The position numbers and the translations under genes were made by a program. A model generated the notes under the pieces. It was given only the letters and a program-made list of their open reading frames with translations. It ran no database searches and was not told where the DNA came from. A stretch of DNA of 56,841 bases, taken from contig CAYNKI010000001.1 in the NCBI GenBank assembly GCA_964397675.1, forward strand, positions 1 through 56,841, written 5' to 3'. Source of the stretch: an uncultured Pirellulales bacterium. Lineage in GTDB: Bacteria > Planctomycetota > Phycisphaerae > Sedimentisphaerales > Anaerobacaceae. This document shows, piece by piece, positions 14,703-24,518 of this stretch. Numbering within the stretch: position 1 is the stretch's first letter; every line of letters starts with the position of its first letter.

Positions 14703-17090
14703 TTATGTCGTGGCGAAACCCAAGGCTGCCATCTGGCTTTGCAGCAAAGCTAATGTCCTCTCAAGGCTGGCAAAGCGGTCCACTAACCTGGCTTCTTTTA
14801 GAGTCAGGCGGTATTCTTCAGCTTCGATCTTTTCCTGCAGGTTCTCTATAGTTTCGTTGACATATTCCTGATCGATTTGAATCGAGCCGGTTGTTACCTT
14901 GAGCATTTTATCCAGGCCATCTTTAATTGCGCCGGCAAAGCCCTGCTTAACCCTGACCGTAGCGGTGAAAGTGTCATCTTGACTTAAGTCGACGCTAAGC
15001 TGAAGGCCGTTCTCCGCGTATACCGGATCACCGTTGTCGTCGAAAGAGCTATCACCGGTGACAATATTGCCGCTATAGGTTGCATCGCGGTATGTAGATT
15101 CGGTTGAAAGTTTGATTTTGGCGCTGGTGATTGCTCCGCCACTTACAACTACCTCAACATCGTAAGTACCCGCTGTGGTGTAATTACTGCTGGCACCATA
15201 AAATTCGATAGTGTTACTGTCGCTGCTGCCGGTCTTATCCGCTCCGATTATGGCAAGGACACCCATATAATCCTCTGCTATAGCTTCATCAAATACATTT
15301 TCGTCCAGGCTCAATATGTTGTCTCTGTCCAACTCAAGACCAATATGACCTGGCATCAGATGCGTGTCGATATCCTCGATAAACCCACTGGTTTGGGCGA
15401 TAAGCGGCGTGCGAAGCAGGCTCTTAATAGTTGAAACGATATAATCTCCCATTAACACACCAGCAGTTTTTAGAATGTCATTGTATCCGGTCTTTTCCTG
15501 GATATAGACAATAGCAGCGTTGTAAGCATCAACCATAGAAGTCAGTTTTTCTTTGACCGATTCGATATCTCTGTTCAGAGTTATTTCCTCTCCATTGGCA
15601 TCAGTCGTATCGTGCAAATGCAGTGTTACACCGCTAATAACATCATCTACGGTATTAGAGCTTCTTTTGATCCAACCGTAGTTGTCGCCTTTTGTCTGTT
15701 CGGTGAACACGCAATTCGCAGGGTCACTGCAAGGGTCACTGGGAGTCAGGTTGCTGGAATCAATCGAAATCATGTTAACGTCACCCGCGGTATCGAGGAA
15801 TGTAAATATCGTAGCACCATTCTCGCTCAGCTTTTTACCACTTACCGTTATATCGCCAGGATTTACATTTGACAACGCTTCAAGTGCGTCTTCAATAGCG
15901 CCAGTTTTAGCGTTGTGATCGATCGGATCGGTCGTTTGTCCGTCATAAGTTATGGTATAGGTACCACCAGATGGGTTTGTGGTGGCTTCCAGCGTTTGCA
16001 CCTCGGCAATTCCTGCCTGTGGGGTGGGGTAGCCGTCGATCCTTATTTCACTATCCTGGGCTGATTGAGTTTCGCTAAAGTCCGCAGGTTCGAAATCTGC
16101 AAGGGTCCCGGCTGTACCGCCTTGTGTTACCGTCCAATCCCCTGTGTCGGTAGGCAGAGTCAACGCTGCATCACCCCCCGGGTCTTTTACGAACTCTAAG
16201 CTAATAGAGATATCGCTTGCACCACAGCTGTCATCAGTAAGAATAATTTTGCCGTTAACGAAAGCTGCCTTGGCGATTCCGTCAAAAGCATCGTTAATTT
16301 CGCTGATGAGATGTGTAATTTTTGTATTGCTTGTTACATCAAGCTCGACCTGCGATATTGGTTTGCCGCTTTTATCAGTACCATTAATCGTAATCTTGTC
16401 TGTGGTACCGAGTGTTCCGCTGAACTGGTCAAGGTCTATAATCTTTGTGCTTAGTGCAGCATTGTCGCTATCAACAGTAAGAGCGGATTTAGCTTCCAAG
16501 ACTTCCGTGGTACTTGCGTTGATAGAGATTTCGTAATCGGTTCCGGCGTCATTACCATTCAGTACCAGATGGTAGGCATCATTGTGGTGCAATAGGCTGG
16601 CTGTAACGCCGGGATTGTTAGCATCGTTATTGATTAAGCCAACCAGGTCTTCAAGGGTAGTGGTATCGGTGGTCGTTATTGCTGTTTCCTTATGGTTATA
16701 GGAATAGATGAAGGTGCCGGCCTTGACATAATCTTCGGCGTATTCGAGTCCATCGCTATGAATCCATCGCTCGGCAGTGGCCAACCGGTTTATTACAACG
16801 GTGTGATTACCTTCAAAAGCATTATAGGACGCCTCAGCAGTCAATACATCGCTGTCACTGGAGGCGCTTGCAAAAGCACGAAGCTCCTGGGCATCGTAAA
16901 GGTCACGAAGGGTGCTTCTCAATGTCTCCAGCTTGGTCTCTAAGGTGCTCAAGGCGTCTTTTCTTTCTTCCCAAAGGCTTTTACGCTGCTCGTACATATT
17001 GAGTGTACGTCGCTGAACAGCCATCAGTTGAGCGATCAGTGCATTTGTGTCTATCCCTGTAAAAAGACCTGGAAGGCGCAAATCAGACAT
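14703..17090 (-). CDS. fliD: flagellar filament cap protein FliD (long form, 795 aa)
   Basis: N-terminus GLFTGIDTNALIAQLMAVQRRTLNMYEQRKSLWEERKDALSTLETKL and a C-terminal coiled coil are typical of FliD. It has a large Thr/Asp/Gly-rich central region. Confidence 0.85.
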   Translation of the reverse strand: MSDLRLPGLFTGIDTNALIAQLMAVQRRTLNMYEQRKSLWEERKDALSTLETKLETLRSTLRDLYDAQELRAFASASSDSDVLTAEASYNAFEGNHTVVINRLATAERWIHSDGLEYAEDYVKAGTFIYSYNHKETAITTTDTTTLEDLVGLINNDANNPGVTASLLHHNDAYHLVLNGNDAGTDYEISINASTTEVLEAKSALTVDSDNAALSTKIIDLDQFSGTLGTTDKITINGTDKSGKPISQVELDVTSNTKITHLISEINDAFDGIAKAAFVNGKIILTDDSCGASDISISLEFVKDPGGDAALTLPTDTGDWTVTQGGTAGTLADFEPADFSETQSAQDSEIRIDGYPTPQAGIAEVQTLEATTNPSGGTYTITYDGQTTDPIDHNAKTGAIEDALEALSNVNPGDITVSGKKLSENGATIFTFLDTAGDVNMISIDSSNLTPSDPCSDPANCVFTEQTKGDNYGWIKRSSNTVDDVISGVTLHLHDTTDANGEEITLNRDIESVKEKLTSMVDAYNAAIVYIQEKTGYNDILKTAGVLMGDYIVSTIKSLLRTPLIAQTSGFIEDIDTHLMPGHIGLELDRDNILSLDENVFDEAIAEDYMGVLAIIGADKTGSSDSNTIEFYGASSNYTTAGTYDVEVVVSGGAITSAKIKLSTESTYRDATYSGNIVTGDSSFDDNGDPVYAENGLQLSVDLSQDDTFTATVRVKQGFAGAIKDGLDKMLKVTTGSIQIDQEYVNETIENLQEKIEAEEYRLTLKEARLVDRFASLERTLALLQSQMAALGFATT

Positions 17091-17164
17091 TTTTATCCCT
17101 TTTTGTTTTAATTTTCACAATGCACCCATAAATACAGCCAATGTACACACTCAATGTAAATTTA

Positions 17165-17191
17165 TTATCGTTCACAAACCCTTCTTACTTA
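17165..17191 (-). promoter_or_regulatory. sigma28 (FliA)-like promoter upstream of fliD
   Basis: The minus strand reads TAAGTAAG-N11-AACGATAA versus consensus TAAAGTTT-N11-GCCGATAA. The CGATAA core is perfect and the spacing is exact. About 75 nt upstream of the fliD ATG. Confidence 0.4.
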
Positions 17192-17220
17192 ACCGTTCGT
17201 CTTATATGCATAGTATAATA

Positions 17221-20200
17221 TTAAACAAAGTTCCATTTTGAACCATCTTGGCCGGATACGCCCCCAACAGAAATTGCCATTTTATCCAACTTTTCCATGT
17301 GATTTAACAGTTTTTCCTTATAATAATCACCATACTGTTGAAAATACTCACCGTATTGCACCATGTGCCCATTTACATGCTTGTAGAAGGTGTTCATGAG
17401 ATATTTACAGTATTTCCACTCTCTCAAGGCGGGGTCATTTATGCCAGCAACCTGTGGACACAACACCTCCGCCGGATATATCGAAACCATGTCATTCAGC
17501 ACCCGAGCGGTGATTTGATTTCTTGCTCTAAACTTGTAACAATTGCCCCCCGCAAGCCTCCTGTAAAAATATGTTGAATGCACCTCAACCCTCTTAAAAC
17601 TTATCCTCAGGGCATTTTTGCACAGAAATGCAAAATCCTCAACGGTATCTAATTCTTCATACAGCCCTACTTTATCAAACAGTGATTTCCTCTTCAGGAT
17701 CGGTGAATTCGGGATCGGCGAATATCCATTGCTAAACAAAAAAGCTGGAAGAAGTCTATTATCTGAAAAGTCCAAGTAGTCCCACACCACCCCCGTAGGA
17801 TTGCCAGATTTATCTACAAGAACAAGTTTGGCTGGATAAAAATAGTCAATCTCTGGATGCTTCCGCGCACAGATGAGAAGTTTTTCAATATAGTCCGTCG
17901 CTATAAAATCGTCCGAATCGACACCTGTAAGATATTCCCCCTTCGCCTCGCTAATCGCCATATTCATACCCGAAGCGAAATTTTTGTGCGGCTTATAAAT
18001 ATACCTAATCCTATCATCCGAATAGGATGCAACTATGTCCTTTGTTGCGTCGGTACTGCCGTCATCAACTATCAAGAGCTCAAGGTTCTGATAGGTCTGA
18101 GCAAGAACCGAATCAATCGCCTGGCGGATAAATTTTTCCATATTGTACGTTACCAGATAAACCGAAATCAACGACTCTTCTTGCCCACAAAAAGGATTTC
18201 GTGGGCTATCTCCCATGCTGCTAACCGCAGGCAGTTTAATGCTCTCAAGTTTTGCGAGCACCGAGTGAATACCGGCTTTTTGCTCTTCCGGAAGGTCTAA
18301 ATACTGATTGTTTAACAGGTGTGTATAAATTTGCTTTACCTTATCATATTTGCCCTGCTTCATATAACACTGGGCTAATCTCGTACAACTGCTCAAATAA
18401 CACTGAGCCATATTATTATAATTTTCAAGTTTTCGGCCGGACAATTGTTGCTTGCCAGGTTTCAGAGTCTGTGTCAGAGATGCTAATATCGATTCAAATG
18501 TGGCTTGGGCTTCGCTGTATTTTCCTTCTCTCAAGTATGATGAACCAAGTGTATAACGGTCCACGATGGCAAATTGTTCAAGCACAACCGACTCACTTTT
18601 TTGCTGTTCGGCCTTCATTGGTATCAGGCCTCTTCTTCTAAGAGCCCTTACCTTTGCCCTTTCCATCGATTGCCTGCCAATAGACGCTTTTCTGGGATCG
18701 CGGCTCTGTGAGTTCGGCAACTCCCTGGCCAGATACAAACACTGGTCCACGAACTTAAGTTCCGTTACTTCCTCCATCTTGTAGCTGATATCCTTGTCCT
18801 CAGCATATAAAATATCTTCGTCGTATCCCGGGGTCCTCAGATAGTCCCTCATTTTGAAGGTCTTGAAGTGACTTACCACATTTACTTGAAGGTTTGTTTT
18901 GTCAGCTGGTATTTTGTTGCAGTATCCAATCTGTCTTGGAGTAAGGTCCTCGTGACAGTACACAAACTGTGAGTATATAAGCCCACAATCAGGATGCTTA
19001 ACGTGATGTAAATACATCGTCTCGACAGCGAGCTTCGTAAGGCAGTCATCACTGTCCAGAATACCAAAATATTTTGACTGTACGTTCGCAACGCCGGTCT
19101 TTAATGCTGCAATGTAACCCATGTTCTTCTTATGCTGAGTCAGCCGTATGCGCTTATCATCGAGATACCGCTTGATTATTTCCAGAGAGTTATCAGTCGA
19201 GCCGTCTTCGACAATGATTAGCTCCCATTCTCTGAATGTCTGATTTAGGATGGATTCTATGGCTTCGGCAATGTACTTTTCATTGTTGTAATTAGCCATA
19301 ATAATAGAGAATTTCGGCTTCGAATCGGGATACTGCTCAATAGTCTTCATTCCACTAATCTCAACAACATCCTCTGCTTTGGCTGTGCTCGATATGCTAG
19401 GCCCTATGAAATACAGTTCCTCTTCTTGATGTGCTGCATTAGGTGTAAGGCCAATATATTGCTCAACGTCCACCGCCATCCCCTGCGAAAAACAATCCGC
19501 CAGATCCTCGGATGTATAGTTATTAATTGTTCCATGCTTATTCTCATACACGTTCTGCACTATATTGACAGGATTTGCAAACGTCACAGATTCTTCATAT
19601 GTGAGTAGATAAGGCAATGAATTATATAGATTCTTATTCTGGTTCATAAGGCTTTCTAATGTGTTAGGATTTACAAATTCCTTGCGGTTTAGCAGTTGCA
19701 GCATATCCTGGCAACGATAAACTGAACTCGACACCTCCAGCGGATAACCAAAATCGTACTCGGCATCTGGCCAGTAATACTTCAGTATCCCAGTGCTAAC
19801 TTCCCCGAACTCAGGCATCTCTTGCCGCAAACCCAACGGATAGCAGTAATTAGTGTTCCTGCCCAGCCGCAGGGAAAATCCAACTGCATCTTTTTCCCTC
19901 TGCAAAGCAGTGGCAATATCCCGTACACTGAAAGGCTTAACAAAGATGTTGTCATCAACAAGGAATAGGATGTAGTTACATTTCTCAATCGTTGACAAAA
20001 CCTGTTCTCTGAACTTGCTTTCTTCGACGAAATCGATGCCGGAAAATCTCTTCTTTAATTCAGTGTATTGACCACCGTGTAGTTCATTCGATGTTTTATA
20101 CAGCACAACCAAATCAATGCTATCCTCGTCTTGGCAATGCAGCAAAAACGATTCAATCGTAGCCTGTAACTGCATCGCCCTGTCCTTGCTAAAAATTAGA

Positions 20201-23200
20201 GCGATATAGTCTTTTTTGGCCTGCTCCTTTTTTTGCTTTTGGCTGCCTTGGAACCTTTCGGTGATTAAATTAATGTCATGCTCGATTATTTTTTTGTTCT
20301 CAGCGGTTGCTCTTGTGTGAAAGGATAATATTCTCTTTATAAGAACCGACGATATTCGCTGCCTGGTGGCTTCATCTAATCTGTGCTCGATGTATGGTAC
20401 TGTTTTGAAATAAAAATACAGAAGATCCTTGTGACCAAGCTGATTTGCTTCCAACTTTGCAGATAAATTCCCTGACCATTGTCTGCAGTATGCAAGCACT
20501 TGGTCTAAATAGTAAAAATTTTTTCTTTTTAAGATTCTACACCACATATCAATGTCTGCTGCACAGCCAGCGGCTGTATCAAAATCCCCAGCTTTGTCAA
20601 TATCATCCCTTCTAAATAGTATTGCGGTTGGCCATCCTACCGGTTTCTTTCCCAAAAGATAGTTTTTGATAAATTTTTTACCATTCTCCTTAGTATCTTT
20701 ATTGAATAATCTGTATGTGCTGTTATCACTTTTTATGTTGTTATTCTCATCAATGATAAAGGGATTACAAGAAACAACTCCGACGTCAGGATGTTCATTT
20801 AGAATCTTTACCTGTTCAGCAACACAATTACTTTCGAGTATGTCATCATCTCCTATTATTTTGATATACTCTCCTGAAGATAATGACACAGCCTTATTCC
20901 AATTCTCTATGAATCCTATGTTCTCTTCATTTCTGACAAACGTAATATGCTCTATGTCAGAGTAGGCCTTAGAGAGCTTTATGGTTTCGTCTGCAGAACA
21001 ATCATCTAAAACTAAAATTTCTATATTGGGATAAGTTTGATTGAGAGCCGAATCTATCGCCATCCTGAGGTAATTAGCTCTATTAAAGGTCGGAATTAGT
21101 ATGGATACCTTTGGCATTTGTTTTTTGATATGCCTAAATGAACTGTAGTTTAGTTGAAAAATATTACCATAGTTTTTGATAATGGGCTTTTTCTTATACT
21201 TTCTTTGCAATACCAAGAGAAATTGGTAAACATGAGATGCAGGGTCATTCGTCACTGCTTCTAAGGTTGAGTAATCAAACTCTGAGATATTTATCTTAGG
21301 TCCTGTGGAACTAAAATTACGTTTTAGGTAGATGATCTCAGAGCAAGGTAAATTGAGCTTATCCATAAGGCTCAATATTGAATTCAATGTGTAAAAGCGT
21401 AGATGTGTTCGTTCAAGTAAGCCGGAATCAACGTAGTCAAATCGGCCTTGTAGAAGCGATAGCCGCAGGCTGCCGAAGGCAATATTGGGAACAGATATTA
21501 TGAGTTTTCCATTGCCTGACAACAACTGCATACAGTTTTTTATTAACTCGGAAGGGTCAGACAAATGTTCGATTACGTCTGCTAATATAACATAATCATA
21601 CTTTTCTCTTATTAGCTTATCCATATAATTATGGAGATAGCCATGATAAACTCGTCTGTAAAATGAACATATTTCTTTCACTCCGGCTTTATTAGGTTCA
21701 ACAGCGTCAACTACCACGTTTTTATGTAACCTGGCTAAAACCGACCCCAATAACCCGTTTCCCGCCCCAACATCCAATACTTTTGAATTGCTTTCAATAA
21801 TGCAAGCAATGCGATATAGCGGATTGGCTTCATCTTTAACAATGCGTTCAACTGTATCTTGGGACACCTTATAGGTAGTATCAGGTCGTTCAAACATTCG
21901 CAAAGTTTTATCTCCGTTAATCGCAAACCAAGGCTTTACCCTAACCGCCTGAACCGCTGCCGAAACAGAAGAAACATCCGGAGTCTGAGTATTAGATGGC
22001 GAGGCGACAAAATCACCTGCTAGCTCAGGGACGCAAACAGACTCAGGGTCATTTGCCTTCGCATAAATATCTCCCCATAGCAACTCGTTATCCAAGTGCT
22101 CTATGTGATGAAATAGCATCTCTGAAGAAACCCATTCTGAGAACACAAATTCCGGTCTTTCCCCCAAGCATAAATTAAAATGTTTATATCCGAGACCCTG
22201 TAAATGGAGTAAACACTTCCTGGCATTTTCCAAAAACTCGATTGCAAATTCAAATGCAATATGGGGAATCAGCTGAGAAAGACCTTTTAAGACCGCAAGC
22301 TCAAAACCTTCTACATCAATCTTGCAAAATTTTGGACGTCCATAAACTTCTATCATCTCATCCAATGTCGTGACTTCCACTGGAATGACTCTATCCCAAG
22401 AATAGTCAGCAAATCTGCCGGTTTTCCATTCATCAGAAAATGTGGAAATAGTATTTGCCTTGCTGCATATCGAAAGTTGCATTTGCCCGGCCTTGCCTGC
22501 AAGACCTTTCTCCACGACAGTTACGTTCTGATTATTCCGATACTTTTCGCGCAACACTATTACACACTCTGGTTGTGGCTCAAAACAAACCACGTGAGCA
22601 CCCTTCATAAGGTATATATCAGTTTTTGAGCCTACATGTGCACCCACGTCAAACATAAGATCTCCCTCGGTGATCCAATCACTAACCGTTGGCTTGGTGC
22701 CTTCTTTCTCGGATGATGTTTGAATATCGCCTGGCGCAGGAACGAAATCGCCCGCCATCGCGACGTGGAGTTGTTTTTTCCAAACTTCCCAAGTTGGTCT
22801 CTCTACTGGGGCAACAGTACTTTCCCACAACAATTCCTCTGCCACATTTAATTGCTCCTGCAAAGAAATGTTTTGGGACTTCAGGGCAACAACTTTCACG
22901 TTCGATAAATAAGGCTCTTTAGGCCAAGAGCTTGATAACGTTCGAATTGATTTAAACCCCAATCGACTAAGTGTGTGTTCAAACCTCTCAGGGAACCAAT
23001 GATCAACGTGATAGCCCCAACTGGCTGACTGGTCCCCAGCCAAATGGCGAACAACTCCCATTTTAATCTTCCATGAGGTATCAGAAACCAGCATTTTTGC
23101 GCTACCTATCAGGTCAGGTGTCTCGATATAGAGCCTACCGCCAATTTTCAACCATTTGTGCCATTTAATCAGCATAGCAAGTGCTGTAACCCGACTAAAG

Positions 23201-23478
23201 TGCTCAAAAACATGGTGGAGCCGAATCTCATCGACCGATTCAAGAGGGAAATCCAGGCTCTTTATATCAACGCAAACATCCGCTTTTACTCGTATTAGAT
23301 TATGTTCGGATTGTGGATAATCAATATTTATATAACCGTCAAATTGCTTCTGGCCGCAACCAAGATGGAGCCGAAGCGCCCTGCCCTCTTGCCACAATCC
23401 AAAATCTTTAAGCTGCTGCAATACATCAACATCGTTATTAATGATATTGACACAGTTGCTTTCTGCTTTAGCCATCAA
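17221..23478 (-). CDS. 2085-aa multidomain methyltransferase/glycosyltransferase (putative flagellin glycan assembly enzyme)
   Basis: Module order, N to C: class I SAM-MTase (LHLGCGQKQ...IGGRLYIETP). FkbM-type MTase (FDVGAHVGSKT...KIDVEGFE). Second class I MTase (VLDVGAGNGLLG...ADVIEHL). GT2 (VSILIPTFNRANYL...LDDCSAD...GDDD). GT-A-like module (ALIFSKDRAMQL...FLVDDNIF). GT2 (FSIIMANYNNEKYI...VEDGSTD...DSDD). TPR. GT2 (ISVYLVTYNMEKFI...VDDGSTD...DSDD). Confidence 0.8.
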   Translation of the reverse strand: MMAKAESNCVNIINNDVDVLQQLKDFGLWQEGRALRLHLGCGQKQFDGYINIDYPQSEHNLIRVKADVCVDIKSLDFPLESVDEIRLHHVFEHFSRVTALAMLIKWHKWLKIGGRLYIETPDLIGSAKMLVSDTSWKIKMGVVRHLAGDQSASWGYHVDHWFPERFEHTLSRLGFKSIRTLSSSWPKEPYLSNVKVVALKSQNISLQEQLNVAEELLWESTVAPVERPTWEVWKKQLHVAMAGDFVPAPGDIQTSSEKEGTKPTVSDWITEGDLMFDVGAHVGSKTDIYLMKGAHVVCFEPQPECVIVLREKYRNNQNVTVVEKGLAGKAGQMQLSICSKANTISTFSDEWKTGRFADYSWDRVIPVEVTTLDEMIEVYGRPKFCKIDVEGFELAVLKGLSQLIPHIAFEFAIEFLENARKCLLHLQGLGYKHFNLCLGERPEFVFSEWVSSEMLFHHIEHLDNELLWGDIYAKANDPESVCVPELAGDFVASPSNTQTPDVSSVSAAVQAVRVKPWFAINGDKTLRMFERPDTTYKVSQDTVERIVKDEANPLYRIACIIESNSKVLDVGAGNGLLGSVLARLHKNVVVDAVEPNKAGVKEICSFYRRVYHGYLHNYMDKLIREKYDYVILADVIEHLSDPSELIKNCMQLLSGNGKLIISVPNIAFGSLRLSLLQGRFDYVDSGLLERTHLRFYTLNSILSLMDKLNLPCSEIIYLKRNFSSTGPKINISEFDYSTLEAVTNDPASHVYQFLLVLQRKYKKKPIIKNYGNIFQLNYSSFRHIKKQMPKVSILIPTFNRANYLRMAIDSALNQTYPNIEILVLDDCSADETIKLSKAYSDIEHITFVRNEENIGFIENWNKAVSLSSGEYIKIIGDDDILESNCVAEQVKILNEHPDVGVVSCNPFIIDENNNIKSDNSTYRLFNKDTKENGKKFIKNYLLGKKPVGWPTAILFRRDDIDKAGDFDTAAGCAADIDMWCRILKRKNFYYLDQVLAYCRQWSGNLSAKLEANQLGHKDLLYFYFKTVPYIEHRLDEATRQRISSVLIKRILSFHTRATAENKKIIEHDINLITERFQGSQKQKKEQAKKDYIALIFSKDRAMQLQATIESFLLHCQDEDSIDLVVLYKTSNELHGGQYTELKKRFSGIDFVEESKFREQVLSTIEKCNYILFLVDDNIFVKPFSVRDIATALQREKDAVGFSLRLGRNTNYCYPLGLRQEMPEFGEVSTGILKYYWPDAEYDFGYPLEVSSSVYRCQDMLQLLNRKEFVNPNTLESLMNQNKNLYNSLPYLLTYEESVTFANPVNIVQNVYENKHGTINNYTSEDLADCFSQGMAVDVEQYIGLTPNAAHQEEELYFIGPSISSTAKAEDVVEISGMKTIEQYPDSKPKFSIIMANYNNEKYIAEAIESILNQTFREWELIIVEDGSTDNSLEIIKRYLDDKRIRLTQHKKNMGYIAALKTGVANVQSKYFGILDSDDCLTKLAVETMYLHHVKHPDCGLIYSQFVYCHEDLTPRQIGYCNKIPADKTNLQVNVVSHFKTFKMRDYLRTPGYDEDILYAEDKDISYKMEEVTELKFVDQCLYLARELPNSQSRDPRKASIGRQSMERAKVRALRRRGLIPMKAEQQKSESVVLEQFAIVDRYTLGSSYLREGKYSEAQATFESILASLTQTLKPGKQQLSGRKLENYNNMAQCYLSSCTRLAQCYMKQGKYDKVKQIYTHLLNNQYLDLPEEQKAGIHSVLAKLESIKLPAVSSMGDSPRNPFCGQEESLISVYLVTYNMEKFIRQAIDSVLAQTYQNLELLIVDDGSTDATKDIVASYSDDRIRYIYKPHKNFASGMNMAISEAKGEYLTGVDSDDFIATDYIEKLLICARKHPEIDYFYPAKLVLVDKSGNPTGVVWDYLDFSDNRLLPAFLFSNGYSPIPNSPILKRKSLFDKVGLYEELDTVEDFAFLCKNALRISFKRVEVHSTYFYRRLAGGNCYKFRARNQITARVLNDMVSIYPAEVLCPQVAGINDPALREWKYCKYLMNTFYKHVNGHMVQYGEYFQQYGDYYKEKLLNHMEKLDKMAISVGGVSGQDGSKWNFV

Positions 23479-23514
23479 TAGCTTTTCTCCTTCTTAAAGC
23501 CCGTTTGCCTATAA

Positions 23515-23826
23515 TCAAATATTATCACGATAGGCCTTGATGCTTTTTTTGCCTTTGCGGACCTGGCTTAACTTTTTAGTGATGTCAGCTTTCTGGGCGG
23601 TTAGAGCCAGGTGCATCTTGCCGTATAATTTTTGCAAATACCGCCGTCTCTTTTGAAATTCAGCTAATTCAAGAATTCCTGCCTGTGTTATTTTTTCCAC
23701 CAAGCCGCTGATCTGTGAGCCTAAGCGCTCAATATCGATAATGCTGCCCTGGCGAGTCATCTCTATTTGCTTTTCCAGCAGACTCTGTAACTCATCCAAT
23801 AAATTTATCTGTTTATCTATACTCAT
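23515..23826 (-). CDS. small coiled-coil protein, function unknown (FlgN/FliT-like chaperone is only a guess)
   Basis: 103-aa helical ORF that overlaps the upstream TPR gene by 4 nt. No diagnostic motif. Confidence 0.4.
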   Translation of the reverse strand: MSIDKQINLLDELQSLLEKQIEMTRQGSIIDIERLGSQISGLVEKITQAGILELAEFQKRRRYLQKLYGKMHLALTAQKADITKKLSQVRKGKKSIKAYRDNI

Positions 23827-24518
23827 CCAGCTTGAATTCCTGTTTGTCTGGTTTGAGCCAAACTGTGCTCCACTTCCTCTAAAAGATTAGCAGCATCTTG
23901 GTTAGCTGGGTCCAAAGTTAAAATATCCAGCAGAATATTTTTAGACCGTTCAAGCCGACCGTCCCTCATATAAAGCGCCGCCAAAGAGAACGAAACGGCG
24001 GTGTCACCTGGGTGCATCTTCAAATATATCTCCAGATAGTAAATAATCTTTGCAAATGAACCCATTTGACAGGATGTTTGAAACAGCCCCAAAAGCGCTG
24101 TTATATTATTGCTGTTTAGCTCAAGGCTTTTCATATACAGCTCAAATGCCTGCTGATAGTCTTTCCTCTGTTGAGAGATCATAGCCAAGCCGGCATAGGC
24201 TTTTTCACAGTCAGGCCCCAGACGGCAAGCAACCCTAAAGGCTATTTCTGCATCGTCTAACAGATTTTGTTGCAAGGCGACCACACCAAGCCCAACATAA
24301 GGGCCCGGCTCATCAGGCCCCAGTGACGCCGCCTTTTCGTAGTAGCGTTGGGCCTGGGCGTAATCACCAATAGAAGTGTAACAATCGCCTAATTCCTGCA
24401 AAACCTCGTAGTGCTGAGTACAATCGTTCTGTTGAATTCCCACCCCGCTACGGCCTCGGCCTTCGCCGAGACGAGCAAGGCGGGACCCTTCATTGCTATT
24501 ATCCTGTGTTACATCCAT
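23823..24518 (-). CDS. TPR repeat protein
   Basis: Repeated TPR-type A/Y/G patterns (GDYAQAQRYYEKA, KDYQQAFELYMKS, GRLERSKNILLDIL). Confidence 0.7.
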   Translation of the reverse strand: MDVTQDNSNEGSRLARLGEGRGRSGVGIQQNDCTQHYEVLQELGDCYTSIGDYAQAQRYYEKAASLGPDEPGPYVGLGVVALQQNLLDDAEIAFRVACRLGPDCEKAYAGLAMISQQRKDYQQAFELYMKSLELNSNNITALLGLFQTSCQMGSFAKIIYYLEIYLKMHPGDTAVSFSLAALYMRDGRLERSKNILLDILTLDPANQDAANLLEEVEHSLAQTRQTGIQAG

